This document shows positions 1 through 7,913 of a DNA stretch of 15,670 bases, one piece after another. The notes beneath the pieces were generated by a model. The model searched no databases, was not told the DNA's origin, and was given only the letters and a program-made list of their open reading frames with translations. The stretch covers positions 1 to 15,670 of the IMG/VR virus record IMGVR_UViG_3300045988_079839; one strand, given 5' to 3'. The DNA is from a virus. A program made the translations under genes and the position numbers. Within the stretch, counting starts at the first letter, position 1. Every line of letters begins with the position of its first letter.

Positions 1-151
1 GACAGAGCATGGAGAGGGCTTACGTTATTCCCAATGAGAACACGTCCCCCTTTTGATTAAAAAAGCACAAAAAATACTTGATAAATAATAAGAGGTGTGG
101 TATTATAATTATAGAAACAAGGAAACCTAATAAAATAAGGAGGAATAAAAA
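1..151. repeat. Left inverted terminal repeat (151 bp, perfect)
   Basis: I compared the reverse complement of 15520-15670 base by base with 1-151 and found them identical. Identity breaks at position 152. Confidence 0.97.
78..106 (+). promoter_or_regulatory. Sigma-A type early promoter inside the left ITR
   Basis: TTGATA (78-83), 17-nt spacer, TGg extended -10, TATTAT (101-106). It is followed by SD AAGGAGG (138-144) and ATG at 151. Confidence 0.6.
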
Positions 152-330
152 TGAAGATTAACGGAGTAGAATATAGCGAGCATCATACAGCATTAACAAG
201 AGGTTATGTATCAGTAAAGAATAATGAGCACCCGAAACCATATAAAGGACGGTTTGGGGAAGGATACACAATAAGAACAAATAATCCGAATTCTACAAGA
301 TATTGTTTTATTACATATTATATTAAATAA
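151..330 (+). CDS. Hypothetical 59-aa protein, the only plus-strand gene
   Basis: I translated it by hand as MKINGVEYSEHHTALTRGYVSVKNNEHPKPYKGRFGEGYTIRTNNPNSTRYCFITYYIK with a TAA stop. The SD AAGGAGG lies 6 nt upstream and an ITR promoter is upstream. It is below the length cutoff of the ORF track. Confidence 0.55.
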   Translation: MKINGVEYSEHHTALTRGYVSVKNNEHPKPYKGRFGEGYTIRTNNPNSTRYCFITYYIK

Positions 331-332
331 AA

Positions 333-362
333 ATATAACCCGCCTATAACGGTGGGTTATAT
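333..362. terminator. Bidirectional intrinsic terminator between convergent genes
   Basis: Arms ATATAACCCGCC and GGTGGGTTATAT flank the loop TATAAC, giving a 12-bp stem with one G.U (plus-strand RNA) or A.C (minus-strand RNA) position. A U-run follows on the minus strand (TTTTATTTAAT). Confidence 0.6.
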
Positions 363-389
363 TCATGTTTCTTAATCTTTATTTTTTTT

Positions 390-1118
390 TTACCATTCTT
401 CAACGGCAAATACACCAGAGCAATACAGTCTGCTATTTGCTACAATTGCTATATGGAGATAGCCGTCTGTATCAATAACGATATCTCTAGCACTAATTTT
501 ATCGAAGCCTGACCCTACGTCATTTATTAAATCAAGACAACAAGCATGTACCCGAACTGTTTTATTTGGTTTTGGAATGTCAATAGGTAATCTAAAAGCT
601 ATATCTGATTCTGTTAACCCAACCGCTGTAGTTACATTAATATCAAATGCGAATAAATTTAGCTGTTTATTAAACATTATTTTACCGTTTTCAACAGTTA
701 TGTTACTATGTGCATTTGTAAGGCTTTTCCAGCCGTTAAATTTTGCGCTGTCAACTTTAACATTTGCGCTATTTGCAGACTGTAACGCATTATTAGCTGT
801 TACATTTGCTCCCTCTGCCGTTTGTTTCGCGCTATTTATTGCGCTGTCCTGTGCGGTGTCTTTTTCTTGTAAATTAGATACATTTCCCTCAACTACACCG
901 ACTCTTCCTTTTAAACTCTCTATCGATTGATTAGCGACTTGCACTTTAGCTTCTGCACTTCCTGCTGTCTGATTAGCTGTTGTTGCTGTTTCCTGCACTC
1001 CATGAATAGCGCCATCAATTTTTGACATATCAGAATTATAATCGCCTAAATATGTCGGTTTGTCAGTACCTATATACTGACTTAAATCATAGTAATTTGT
1101 TTTGTTTGTTGAACTCAT
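390..1118 (-). CDS. Tail fibre / receptor-binding protein
   Basis: It is the last gene of the structural block. The N-terminus (YYDLSQYIGTDKPTYLGDYNSDMSKIDGAI) resembles N-termini of Firmicutes phage fibre proteins. An Ala/Asn/Gln-rich coiled stalk is followed by a C-terminal globular part. SD is AAGGAGG. Confidence 0.55.
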   Translation of the reverse strand: MSSTNKTNYYDLSQYIGTDKPTYLGDYNSDMSKIDGAIHGVQETATTANQTAGSAEAKVQVANQSIESLKGRVGVVEGNVSNLQEKDTAQDSAINSAKQTAEGANVTANNALQSANSANVKVDSAKFNGWKSLTNAHSNITVENGKIMFNKQLNLFAFDINVTTAVGLTESDIAFRLPIDIPKPNKTVRVHACCLDLINDVGSGFDKISARDIVIDTDGYLHIAIVANSRLYCSGVFAVEEW

Positions 1119-1135
1119 TTATTATTCCTCCTTAA

Positions 1136-1975
1136 TTATAATTTTAACGCGGTTTTTGCGTTACTATCAAAAATGTACGCGCTTAACGCTTTAGCTTCAA
1201 ATTCTGCCACAGTCAGCAATAATGCGTCAAACTCTCTAGCTGTGATTGGGTTATTAAAGTGTAATTCTGCAAGTTGATATATAATATCTCGATAAAAGAC
1301 ATACTCACCTGTAAAAGGGTTGTGCATATATAAATTGCTGTCAACTCTAAATCTTTTTGCACCGTATAAGTCAAACTCTGTACAACTAAGGAATAGTCCG
1401 TCGAACTCTGTACAAGTTAAATTTAACGAATCAAATTCAATGCAGGTTAAAGCATAATATCTAAGATTGTCATACATATCACTTAATGCTTGATTTAAAC
1501 TTGTATAATAACCCTTTACAGGATTAAGAACCTTTATATTATTAGGAACATAAAGTTTAATATATTCATAGAGTTTGGTAACTTCACTATCAATATATTC
1601 TCTTGTTTCTGCATTTAACTTATAAATAAGGATATTAAGCGTGTTTACTTTCTCGAGTAAATCTGCTTGAATCTTATTTATTTTTTCATCAAGCTCCGTG
1701 TCTTTATCGTTCATATCCTGTCGGATATTTTTTTCTACTTCTGTGATATGTTTATATATATCAGCATTAAGATTGTCGACATATTTTTTTAACGCTTCAA
1801 CTTTTTCATTTGTATACTGTTTATAAGCATCTGTAAAACCGTTGATTGCGTTAATACATTCATTAACTTTATAGCCGATATAACATAAACATTCATAGTA
1901 ACTTTGTTTGTTGCTATAGACGCTAGGTATGTCGCAACAAAGTAAAGGAACTAAAGGTTTTAATTCTCCTGCCAT
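1136..1975 (-). CDS. Fibre/appendage-associated structural protein with coiled coil and tandem L-T/S-x-x-E-F-D decapeptide repeats
   Basis: Start chosen at MAGELKPL (ATG 1975) behind SD GGAGGTG. It sits between the lower collar and the fibre gene. The middle is heptad-like and there are two sets of three 10-aa repeats. Confidence 0.45.
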   Translation of the reverse strand: MAGELKPLVPLLCCDIPSVYSNKQSYYECLCYIGYKVNECINAINGFTDAYKQYTNEKVEALKKYVDNLNADIYKHITEVEKNIRQDMNDKDTELDEKINKIQADLLEKVNTLNILIYKLNAETREYIDSEVTKLYEYIKLYVPNNIKVLNPVKGYYTSLNQALSDMYDNLRYYALTCIEFDSLNLTCTEFDGLFLSCTEFDLYGAKRFRVDSNLYMHNPFTGEYVFYRDIIYQLAELHFNNPITAREFDALLLTVAEFEAKALSAYIFDSNAKTALKL

Positions 1976-1991
1976 ATATCTCACCTCCTTT

Positions 1992-2699
1992 TTACCAAAC
2001 TTTCATGAATAAATCTCGGCAAGCTTCTACAAGTTCTCGGTTGATATTCTGTATTTGGTTTCGATATTCTTCGATTGCTTCACTCGTAGATTTACCTCTT
2101 AGTCCTATTTCTTTTGTCTCTCTGTCTCTTTTGCTGTCTTTGTTGTCGTTTCCTGTATGATTATTTTTTGCGTTTGTTGTGGTATCATTAACAGTTTCTC
2201 CTCTGCTCATAGCACTTGCATAATCTTGTGTTGCAACTGTCACTTGAGGGTTGTCGCTGTCAATATTCTGATAGTTTTGGTTATTTTTTACTTTGCTTTC
2301 TCCTGCATCTGTTGAGTTAGTGGTTGTTTTTTCATTTCCTTTTTCTGCTTCTGTGAATGTTACATATATATTTGTAAAAGGGTTATCGTTTTGAATTGCA
2401 TCATACAGTTTTGTATAATACGGTGTTAATTCATACATTTTTGCTATAAAAGCAGTTTTCCACATTCCTAGCGTCTCAAAGCCTATATAATTATTCCAAT
2501 ATCTGAGTAAAAAATATGCTTTAAAAGTATACAGGTCTTTTCTATCCTCTGAGTAAAAAGGAAAATCAAAATCAAAAAATTTCCCTTGTGTTTTGTCAAT
2601 AATTCTTTGCACAGATAAATCCATACTCCACAGTTCTTGTGACGGGATAAAACTTTCACAAATATCTTTCACAGTGGTAGTGTATTTACTCAATTTCAT
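1992..2699 (-). CDS. Lower collar protein (phi29 gp11-like)
   Basis: It lies directly downstream of the portal gene. Start taken at MKLSKYTT (ATG 2699) behind AAGGAGGG, overlapping the portal stop. The FDFDFPFY...IGFETLGMWK region resembles lower collar proteins as I recall them. Confidence 0.55.
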   Translation of the reverse strand: MKLSKYTTTVKDICESFIPSQELWSMDLSVQRIIDKTQGKFFDFDFPFYSEDRKDLYTFKAYFLLRYWNNYIGFETLGMWKTAFIAKMYELTPYYTKLYDAIQNDNPFTNIYVTFTEAEKGNEKTTTNSTDAGESKVKNNQNYQNIDSDNPQVTVATQDYASAMSRGETVNDTTTNAKNNHTGNDNKDSKRDRETKEIGLRGKSTSEAIEEYRNQIQNINRELVEACRDLFMKVW

Positions 2700-3585
2700 C
2701 ACCCTCCTTACCTTTTTGCATATATTTCTCGGGTACATATCCATTTAGCATAGTAGGCAATTCACTATTGAAGTCTACCGTTACATTAAGATCCCATAAT
2801 TCATTGATAGCATTTGCACATCTTCTTCTTAATGTAAGACCAACGTTTCGATTTGCTTCTACCTGTCCGTTGTTTCCAGCCGTTTCACCTGTCACAAGAC
2901 GTTCACCCTTTTCTACTGGGTTACTTTCATATCCTAAAGATGTTAATACCTGTGACCACAAGTCCCGTAATTCTTGCTCACATTTATCTACAATGTAAGG
3001 CGCTTCCATGTTCAGTGCTTTGATGTCTTTCAAGTTTAGCGAATCAGAAACTTTTAAAACAGGCAAATAATTATCGTACATTTCACCTAAAACTTCAAAG
3101 CTTAATTTTTCATTGTCTGAGGAAGAGAGCACGACAGGAGTACGCTGTGCATACATATTAATATTTTTTGTTTTCCAAGTGTTTGCCATTGCGTCAGCAT
3201 ACATTAATGCCTTATAGTAATATGGCATTGTTGAGTAATTGTTCCATAAGATACAGCTATTTTCTTTACCGTACTCCTCTATATATCCATTAGCTGTATA
3301 AGCGATTCTATCTTGAGGTATATTGTAAATATCGGGTAAACCAGATAATGCAACATTCATGAATGCATACCCTGCAATATCGTCCTTGATGAATACACCC
3401 AAACCGTGCCAAAATAATGTTTGTTCAATGTACATGGGTAAAATTTCTTTGGGTAGATTGTTCCATTTGTACCTATTTACAAATATATCGAAAATATCAT
3501 AAAAAAAGATAGATTTTATTGTTTCAAAATCACTGTTTTTCTTTTTATTGACGTTTCGTTCAAAAATTCGTAACGGATTTCTCAC
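2686..3585 (-). CDS. Portal / upper collar connector (phi29 gp10-like)
   Basis: GTG start behind AGGAGGTG. Recalled gp10 similarity: NMYAQRTPVVLSSSDNEKLS vs [20 protein letters not shown], and EAPYIVDK...EKGERLVTGE vs DAPYVVDK...EKKERMVTDE. The length is similar (299 vs 309 aa). Confidence 0.8.
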   Translation of the reverse strand: MRNPLRIFERNVNKKKNSDFETIKSIFFYDIFDIFVNRYKWNNLPKEILPMYIEQTLFWHGLGVFIKDDIAGYAFMNVALSGLPDIYNIPQDRIAYTANGYIEEYGKENSCILWNNYSTMPYYYKALMYADAMANTWKTKNINMYAQRTPVVLSSSDNEKLSFEVLGEMYDNYLPVLKVSDSLNLKDIKALNMEAPYIVDKCEQELRDLWSQVLTSLGYESNPVEKGERLVTGETAGNNGQVEANRNVGLTLRRRCANAINELWDLNVTVDFNSELPTMLNGYVPEKYMQKGKEGDEIE

Positions 3586-3600
3586 TTATATACACCTCCT

Positions 3601-5217
3601 TTAGTTATTTGATAGAGCGTAGTTCCCTATATCATCAGTATGCCACAAAGTCACACCGTTGTCAAATATATTACGCAATTTCTTTAACTGGTCTAAATCA
3701 ATGTCACCTGTAAAACCGCAATGTGAGGTTTTTACATAATTCCAATACGCTCTTGATTGTAAATAAGGCGTTGTGATTTTGTTAATTGGATATCCAAATT
3801 GTTCAAAAAAACTATCAGCCATTTCTGCAAATTGTCTTTTACATGACATTTCATAGAAATCAACACCACACTCTTTGATGCCTGTCAACACGTTTTCCGA
3901 CAATGCTTTTCCGTGTGTCACTCCTGCATTTCTCGCTCTGTCTGTCTGATTGGCTAACATTCCAAGAGCGTCCCAAAAAGCGTTCGTTGTTTTGCCTAGT
4001 CCGTTAAGTCCTCCTTGTAAGCTTCCTCCTGCCAAGCCTGCTATTGCTGTGCCTGTTCCTATGGTAGCATCTACGGCAGTATGCACTTGTGACAATGCTA
4101 TAGAGCTTTTGTTTTGTGCAAGCCACGCTCTGTACGTATCAGAGGAAAAAGAACACATAGGAAAAGAGGAGTTAATAAGTGCTTCACACATTAAGCCGTG
4201 CCCTAACTCTTCGCGTGTTTTATAATTTTTAGGAGCTGTAAGAACTTGCGGAAGTGTTGCAATTGTTCCATAGCTGTCAAATTCAATAGACTTATCACGG
4301 TTATAACTATATTCATATCTATATATGTGTGTATTTCCTTGGTTGTTATCCGCTAGACAGAATAACCATGGATAAGAGTATAACTTTTTATTTTTTGGTT
4401 TATAACCCTCAAACACATTATCGGATATCTGCATAGATGTTATTTTAGGTTTAATCTCTTTTCCTCCTAACGCAAGAGTGCATAATTTTGGTGACATAAA
4501 TAAACCAATTACAGCATCTTGCGCGCCTTGTTTGTTGTAATCTTCCAACAATGTGTTAATGCCTTTTAGTCCATCTTCGCTTGTGACATCATAATGTCCG
4601 ATACTGCCCCAGCAATAGACGCCATTTTCTACGCGCCCCTCAAACCAACTTTGTTCGGCTGTTCCTCTTGTTACAAAAGCGCAACACTCTGTTGGTGTCA
4701 AGTCTAATTTTTTGTGTCGTGACACAATTGTTTCACCAGTTTCTATATTAACAGGTGTTAGATTTACGCCTATCTCGTCTTTATTTCTAGGGATATGATG
4801 ATATTCCACAAAGCAAGGCTTGATATTTGCATCATAAAAGTTGTTCTGAAAAACGTCTAATGAGAAGTTGATTCTAGTTGTTTTTTCTGAAAGCCATTCT
4901 ATTGAATCAATAAAGCAAAACACCCATTCATTAGAAATACCTGTATTCTGAAAAGCTAAATAATTGAGATTAAGTGCTTTCATTTCTGTGAACGGTACGC
5001 GGATATCATAATTTCCTATTCGAATAGGCGCAAGATGTGATAAATCAACACCGTTAATATGTTTCCGATATAACTCTAAATGGTTCAATAAGTCCTCTTT
5101 TGAGTTGTAAAGTCTAACGTGTTCGTATTCGTCCGACCACGGTACACCACTATACAATCTTAATTTTGTTTCGGGGTTGCGTGGTGCAACCCCTCCTTGT
5201 GTTGGTAAATTTATCAT
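3601..5217 (-). CDS. Tail knob protein (phi29 gp9-like)
   Basis: The C-terminus YWNYVKTSHCGFTGDIDLDQLKKLRNIFDNGVTLWHTDDIGNY closely matches the recalled gp9 C-terminus [42 protein letters not shown]. The N-terminus GVPWSDEYEHVR matches DVPFSNDYKNTR. Confidence 0.85.
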   Translation of the reverse strand: MINLPTQGGVAPRNPETKLRLYSGVPWSDEYEHVRLYNSKEDLLNHLELYRKHINGVDLSHLAPIRIGNYDIRVPFTEMKALNLNYLAFQNTGISNEWVFCFIDSIEWLSEKTTRINFSLDVFQNNFYDANIKPCFVEYHHIPRNKDEIGVNLTPVNIETGETIVSRHKKLDLTPTECCAFVTRGTAEQSWFEGRVENGVYCWGSIGHYDVTSEDGLKGINTLLEDYNKQGAQDAVIGLFMSPKLCTLALGGKEIKPKITSMQISDNVFEGYKPKNKKLYSYPWLFCLADNNQGNTHIYRYEYSYNRDKSIEFDSYGTIATLPQVLTAPKNYKTREELGHGLMCEALINSSFPMCSFSSDTYRAWLAQNKSSIALSQVHTAVDATIGTGTAIAGLAGGSLQGGLNGLGKTTNAFWDALGMLANQTDRARNAGVTHGKALSENVLTGIKECGVDFYEMSCKRQFAEMADSFFEQFGYPINKITTPYLQSRAYWNYVKTSHCGFTGDIDLDQLKKLRNIFDNGVTLWHTDDIGNYALSNN

Positions 5218-5238
5218 AGATAAATACCTCCGTTAAAT

Positions 5239-6507
5239 TTACGCTTTTGTGAAACTTGCCGTTTTTGTGATAGTCTCGTTCGGTCTGTAAATCGCTTTTA
5301 ATACGATAGTTCCTGTCTCGTCCGCTCCCGTATGAAGTAAATGTGTCCCTGGGATAACATATGTCTTTGCAGACGTTGCTCCGCTGTCAACTTCAAGTGT
5401 CACTAAATTCTGATGATATGTTCCTGTTCCGCCTTTAACTGTGACTTCAACTTCCTGTGTCTGTCCTGCTGTGTATGTTCCTGCCGTGACAGTAAGTGTC
5501 GGTGCATCAACAACCGCGTCTGTGGTAAATACTCGAATTGGGTAGAAAGGACTAGCACTGACCATTTCTACCTGTGTATAGAAGTAATTCCAAGATAAGA
5601 CGTTTGCGAGTCGCTGGTCTGTCATGTCTTTGAACTGGTCACGAACATTAAAGAATCGAACATCACAAAGAACGCCTTGTATTGCGCTGTTTGCAAATTT
5701 GTCTACAATAACGGTCTGAACTGCTACGTCTGCTTTGTCCATGTGGAACGCATAGGCTAATGCATCAACACTAATCTGTGCATTTACTTCCGGTGTGGTA
5801 ATCCAAATCAAGTTCGTTGGCATAGCATGTGAAGTTGCTCCTGCCGGATTGTTTTCCGGTAACGGGAATCCAAATTCCCCAACTGCTCTTTTTACTTCAA
5901 TCAATAATTTTTTCGCTGATGCTTCATCAGTAATCGCATCAACAGTTACAGCTGGAAGCACCTCTTTTTCATATCCGACATTAATCAAATCACGCATAGC
6001 AAGATATTCGTCCCAGTTCGCCCCTGTGATAGCACTCTCCATTTTTGCCATAATCATGTCGCGAATTCCATACTCACTAGTAAAAGCTTTTCTCAGATTG
6101 TCATATGTGACCGTGACCGGATACTGGATTTCTAAGTTCACATTATGGAACACTGACATAATGTAGGACTGATACTGCTGAAAAGCGTATTTAAAATCTG
6201 CCTGTGAATCATAGACGCGACCTTTGCACATATTTACGTAAGTTTCTTCGTGCGTTTCACCGTAACGCATAGGTTCTTTTTTGAATCGCGCTAACGGGTT
6301 TCTCCATGCGATACTATCTACCGTCTGCATACCGATACGATTAATCAATGACGGTACAATTTCATTTCTTACAGGGGCAAAATTCAGAATGTTATCATAC
6401 ACCGCCTGCAAATTGTCTGAGACTTCTACAGGTAGATGATTCTGCACCTCAAAAGAAAGTTCCTGCTTTATTGCTTTTAAAATATTTTTATTTGTTGCGT
6501 CTGCCAT
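5239..6507 (-). CDS. Major capsid protein (phi29 gp8-like) with C-terminal Ig-like domain
   Basis: VPSLINRIGMQTVDSIAWRNPLARFKKEPMRYGETHEE matches recalled gp8 [38 protein letters not shown]. The C-terminal Thr/Gly-rich beta region is like the BIG2 domain of gp8. Confidence 0.85.
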   Translation of the reverse strand: MADATNKNILKAIKQELSFEVQNHLPVEVSDNLQAVYDNILNFAPVRNEIVPSLINRIGMQTVDSIAWRNPLARFKKEPMRYGETHEETYVNMCKGRVYDSQADFKYAFQQYQSYIMSVFHNVNLEIQYPVTVTYDNLRKAFTSEYGIRDMIMAKMESAITGANWDEYLAMRDLINVGYEKEVLPAVTVDAITDEASAKKLLIEVKRAVGEFGFPLPENNPAGATSHAMPTNLIWITTPEVNAQISVDALAYAFHMDKADVAVQTVIVDKFANSAIQGVLCDVRFFNVRDQFKDMTDQRLANVLSWNYFYTQVEMVSASPFYPIRVFTTDAVVDAPTLTVTAGTYTAGQTQEVEVTVKGGTGTYHQNLVTLEVDSGATSAKTYVIPGTHLLHTGADETGTIVLKAIYRPNETITKTASFTKA

Positions 6508-6521
6508 TATTTAAAACCTCC

Positions 6522-6803
6522 TTACTCTGTCTTACCGTCAAAGTCTAAATCTTCAACGGTGATTTTTTCTTCTTTTTCATCTTTCTTTTCTTCACCATTT
6601 GCGTTAGTAGCAGATTCTTTCATGCGCTCTTTAAAACGTTTTTTATACTCGTCTTCAAGTTTGATATACTTATCTTTCCATTCGCTGTCAGTTTCACCGC
6701 TTCTTTCACCCTCATAATTCTGTAAGACCTCAATAGCGTCACCGTGTTCTTCAACGTCTGCTACTGCATCAATTAATTCGTTTAAAGCTTCATTAAAATC
6801 CAT
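6522..6803 (-). CDS. Scaffolding protein (phi29 gp7-like)
   Basis: A 93-aa acidic helical protein immediately upstream of the capsid gene. Start at MDFNEAL behind AAAGGAGGA. The C-terminus EKITVEDLDFDGK matches recalled gp7 ETITIEDLEAK. Confidence 0.7.
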   Translation of the reverse strand: MDFNEALNELIDAVADVEEHGDAIEVLQNYEGERSGETDSEWKDKYIKLEDEYKKRFKERMKESATNANGEEKKDEKEEKITVEDLDFDGKTE

Positions 6804-6846
6804 TAAGATTCCTCCTTTTTTATTTATTAACCCTTTTACAGTTTCT

Positions 6847-6875
6847 ATTATATCACCACGGCAAGAAAAAGTAAA
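6847..6875 (-). promoter_or_regulatory. Candidate internal promoter ahead of scaffold/capsid genes
   Basis: On the minus strand: TTTACT (6870-6875), 17-nt spacer, TGa, TATAAT (6847-6852). The TGA stop of the upstream gene supplies the TGn element. Confidence 0.45.
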
Positions 6876-7857
6876 GAGGCATTTTTCTTTTTCTTGAATG
6901 TGGATGGATTGGGTACGGTGATAATGTCTGTAAATAAGCATACCATTTTAGCGCGTTCTTTTTTCTATCCTCTTCTTTTTCCACACCTGCACGCTCAAAA
7001 TTCTTTAAAAATACCGACGCTAAATAATCGGGTTCTTTTGTGGACTTTCGAAACTCTTCCCATGATACTGGATATTTTATTGTTTCTATCCATTGTCCAC
7101 TACTTACGGTTTCTTCATCAAGCCAAACACATTGATAATAACCATCTGTGATATCGTACCCGTGAGCGTTCGCCCAATCTGTATAGACTGTAGCTGGTGT
7201 CCACTGTACAAGACCATAGCCACCATTATAGTTCCCCTCTTTTAAGGACTGCCATAATTCGGGGTTGATATTAGATTCTATCTCCATATTCCCCAACATT
7301 CCTGCAATGGCGTTCAACGTGAAATCTTTGAAAAACATGGTACTATAGAAAACATAAGCATTGTTTTTCATCTCATCTTCTGTAAGATAACGGTTTCCAT
7401 GAATCCATTCAAGGGGCCCTGCACTGTCGCCATAACGATATATCTTTGTCCATGCGGACGGTTTGGAAACATATGTATTAATGCTGACCTGCTCGGGTAA
7501 TGGATAACGCCCACTGTGCGCTCCCATAGTGACACCGCCACCCCCAACACCGTTCCCACTATACACCATTTCTGTATGACCACTACGCCATACAATGTCC
7601 CCTGCCTGCCAAGCCTCATTGATACTAATCTCTTTAAATCCTGCCTGTAATAGATATCCCTCTTCTGTTCTTGTGGTGAACCATGGGTTCACTGAAAAGA
7701 ACCCAGCTTCTGTAAGTGCTTTTGAAATAAAAGAGCTACAGTCATAATAAGTAATACCGTTCACGGTCTGCCCTCTTCGGTATTGCTGAGAATATCCAAT
7801 GTTGGGGGCATTGCACGCATTGACCGCCCACTGATAGGCTACATTAATATTTGGCAT
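6853..7857 (-). CDS. Tail-associated peptidoglycan hydrolase: N-terminal NlpC/P60-type cysteine peptidase + C-terminal phage tail lysozyme domain (functional analogue of phi29 gp13)
   Basis: YDCSSFIS (catalytic Cys context) and SGHTEMVY (His) resemble NlpC/P60. GMLGNMEIESNINPE...GGYGLVQWTP resembles the phage tail lysozyme domain. This is the only gene that ends in TGA. Confidence 0.7.
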   Translation of the reverse strand: MPNINVAYQWAVNACNAPNIGYSQQYRRGQTVNGITYYDCSSFISKALTEAGFFSVNPWFTTRTEEGYLLQAGFKEISINEAWQAGDIVWRSGHTEMVYSGNGVGGGGVTMGAHSGRYPLPEQVSINTYVSKPSAWTKIYRYGDSAGPLEWIHGNRYLTEDEMKNNAYVFYSTMFFKDFTLNAIAGMLGNMEIESNINPELWQSLKEGNYNGGYGLVQWTPATVYTDWANAHGYDITDGYYQCVWLDEETVSSGQWIETIKYPVSWEEFRKSTKEPDYLASVFLKNFERAGVEKEEDRKKNALKWYAYLQTLSPYPIHPHSRKRKMPLYFFLPW

Positions 7858-7871
7858 TTCATACCCTCCTT

Positions 7872-7895
7872 AAAATGTTTCACGTGAAACATTTT
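7872..7895. promoter_or_regulatory. Palindrome site A: 24-bp perfect palindrome AAAATGTTTCACGTGAAACATTTT
   Basis: The two halves are exact reverse complements. It lies between the endolysin stop and the tail hydrolase SD (AAGGAGGG starts 1 nt after the site on the minus strand). Confidence 0.8.
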
Positions 7896-7910
7896 GTTCC
7901 ACGTGAATAA
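7895..7910. promoter_or_regulatory. Palindrome site G: degenerate copy TGTTCCACGTGAATAA
   Basis: It shares the CACGTG core, 7 of 8 left-arm bases and 6 of 8 right-arm bases. Its centre lies 19 bp from the centre of site A. Confidence 0.45.
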
Positions 7911-7913
7911 AAA

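Noticed and set aside
577-930. Plus-strand ORF (117 aa) inside the fibre gene. The same applies to 2768-2998, 3950-4225, 5413-5598, 5795-6166, 6348-6548, 6894-7151, 8085-8336, 8932-9183, 10699-10926, 11756-12142, 11800-11994, 13323-13529 and 14439-14681.
   Set aside because: These are antisense shadows of well-supported minus-strand genes. They have no Shine-Dalgarno sequence, hydrophobic or low-complexity composition typical of antisense AT-rich frames, and no homology motifs.
7368-7619. Minus-strand out-of-frame ORFs nested in larger genes (7368-7619, 7880-8071, 13484-13693).
   Set aside because: They overlap genes with strong homology support in another frame, and no ribosome-binding sites are present.
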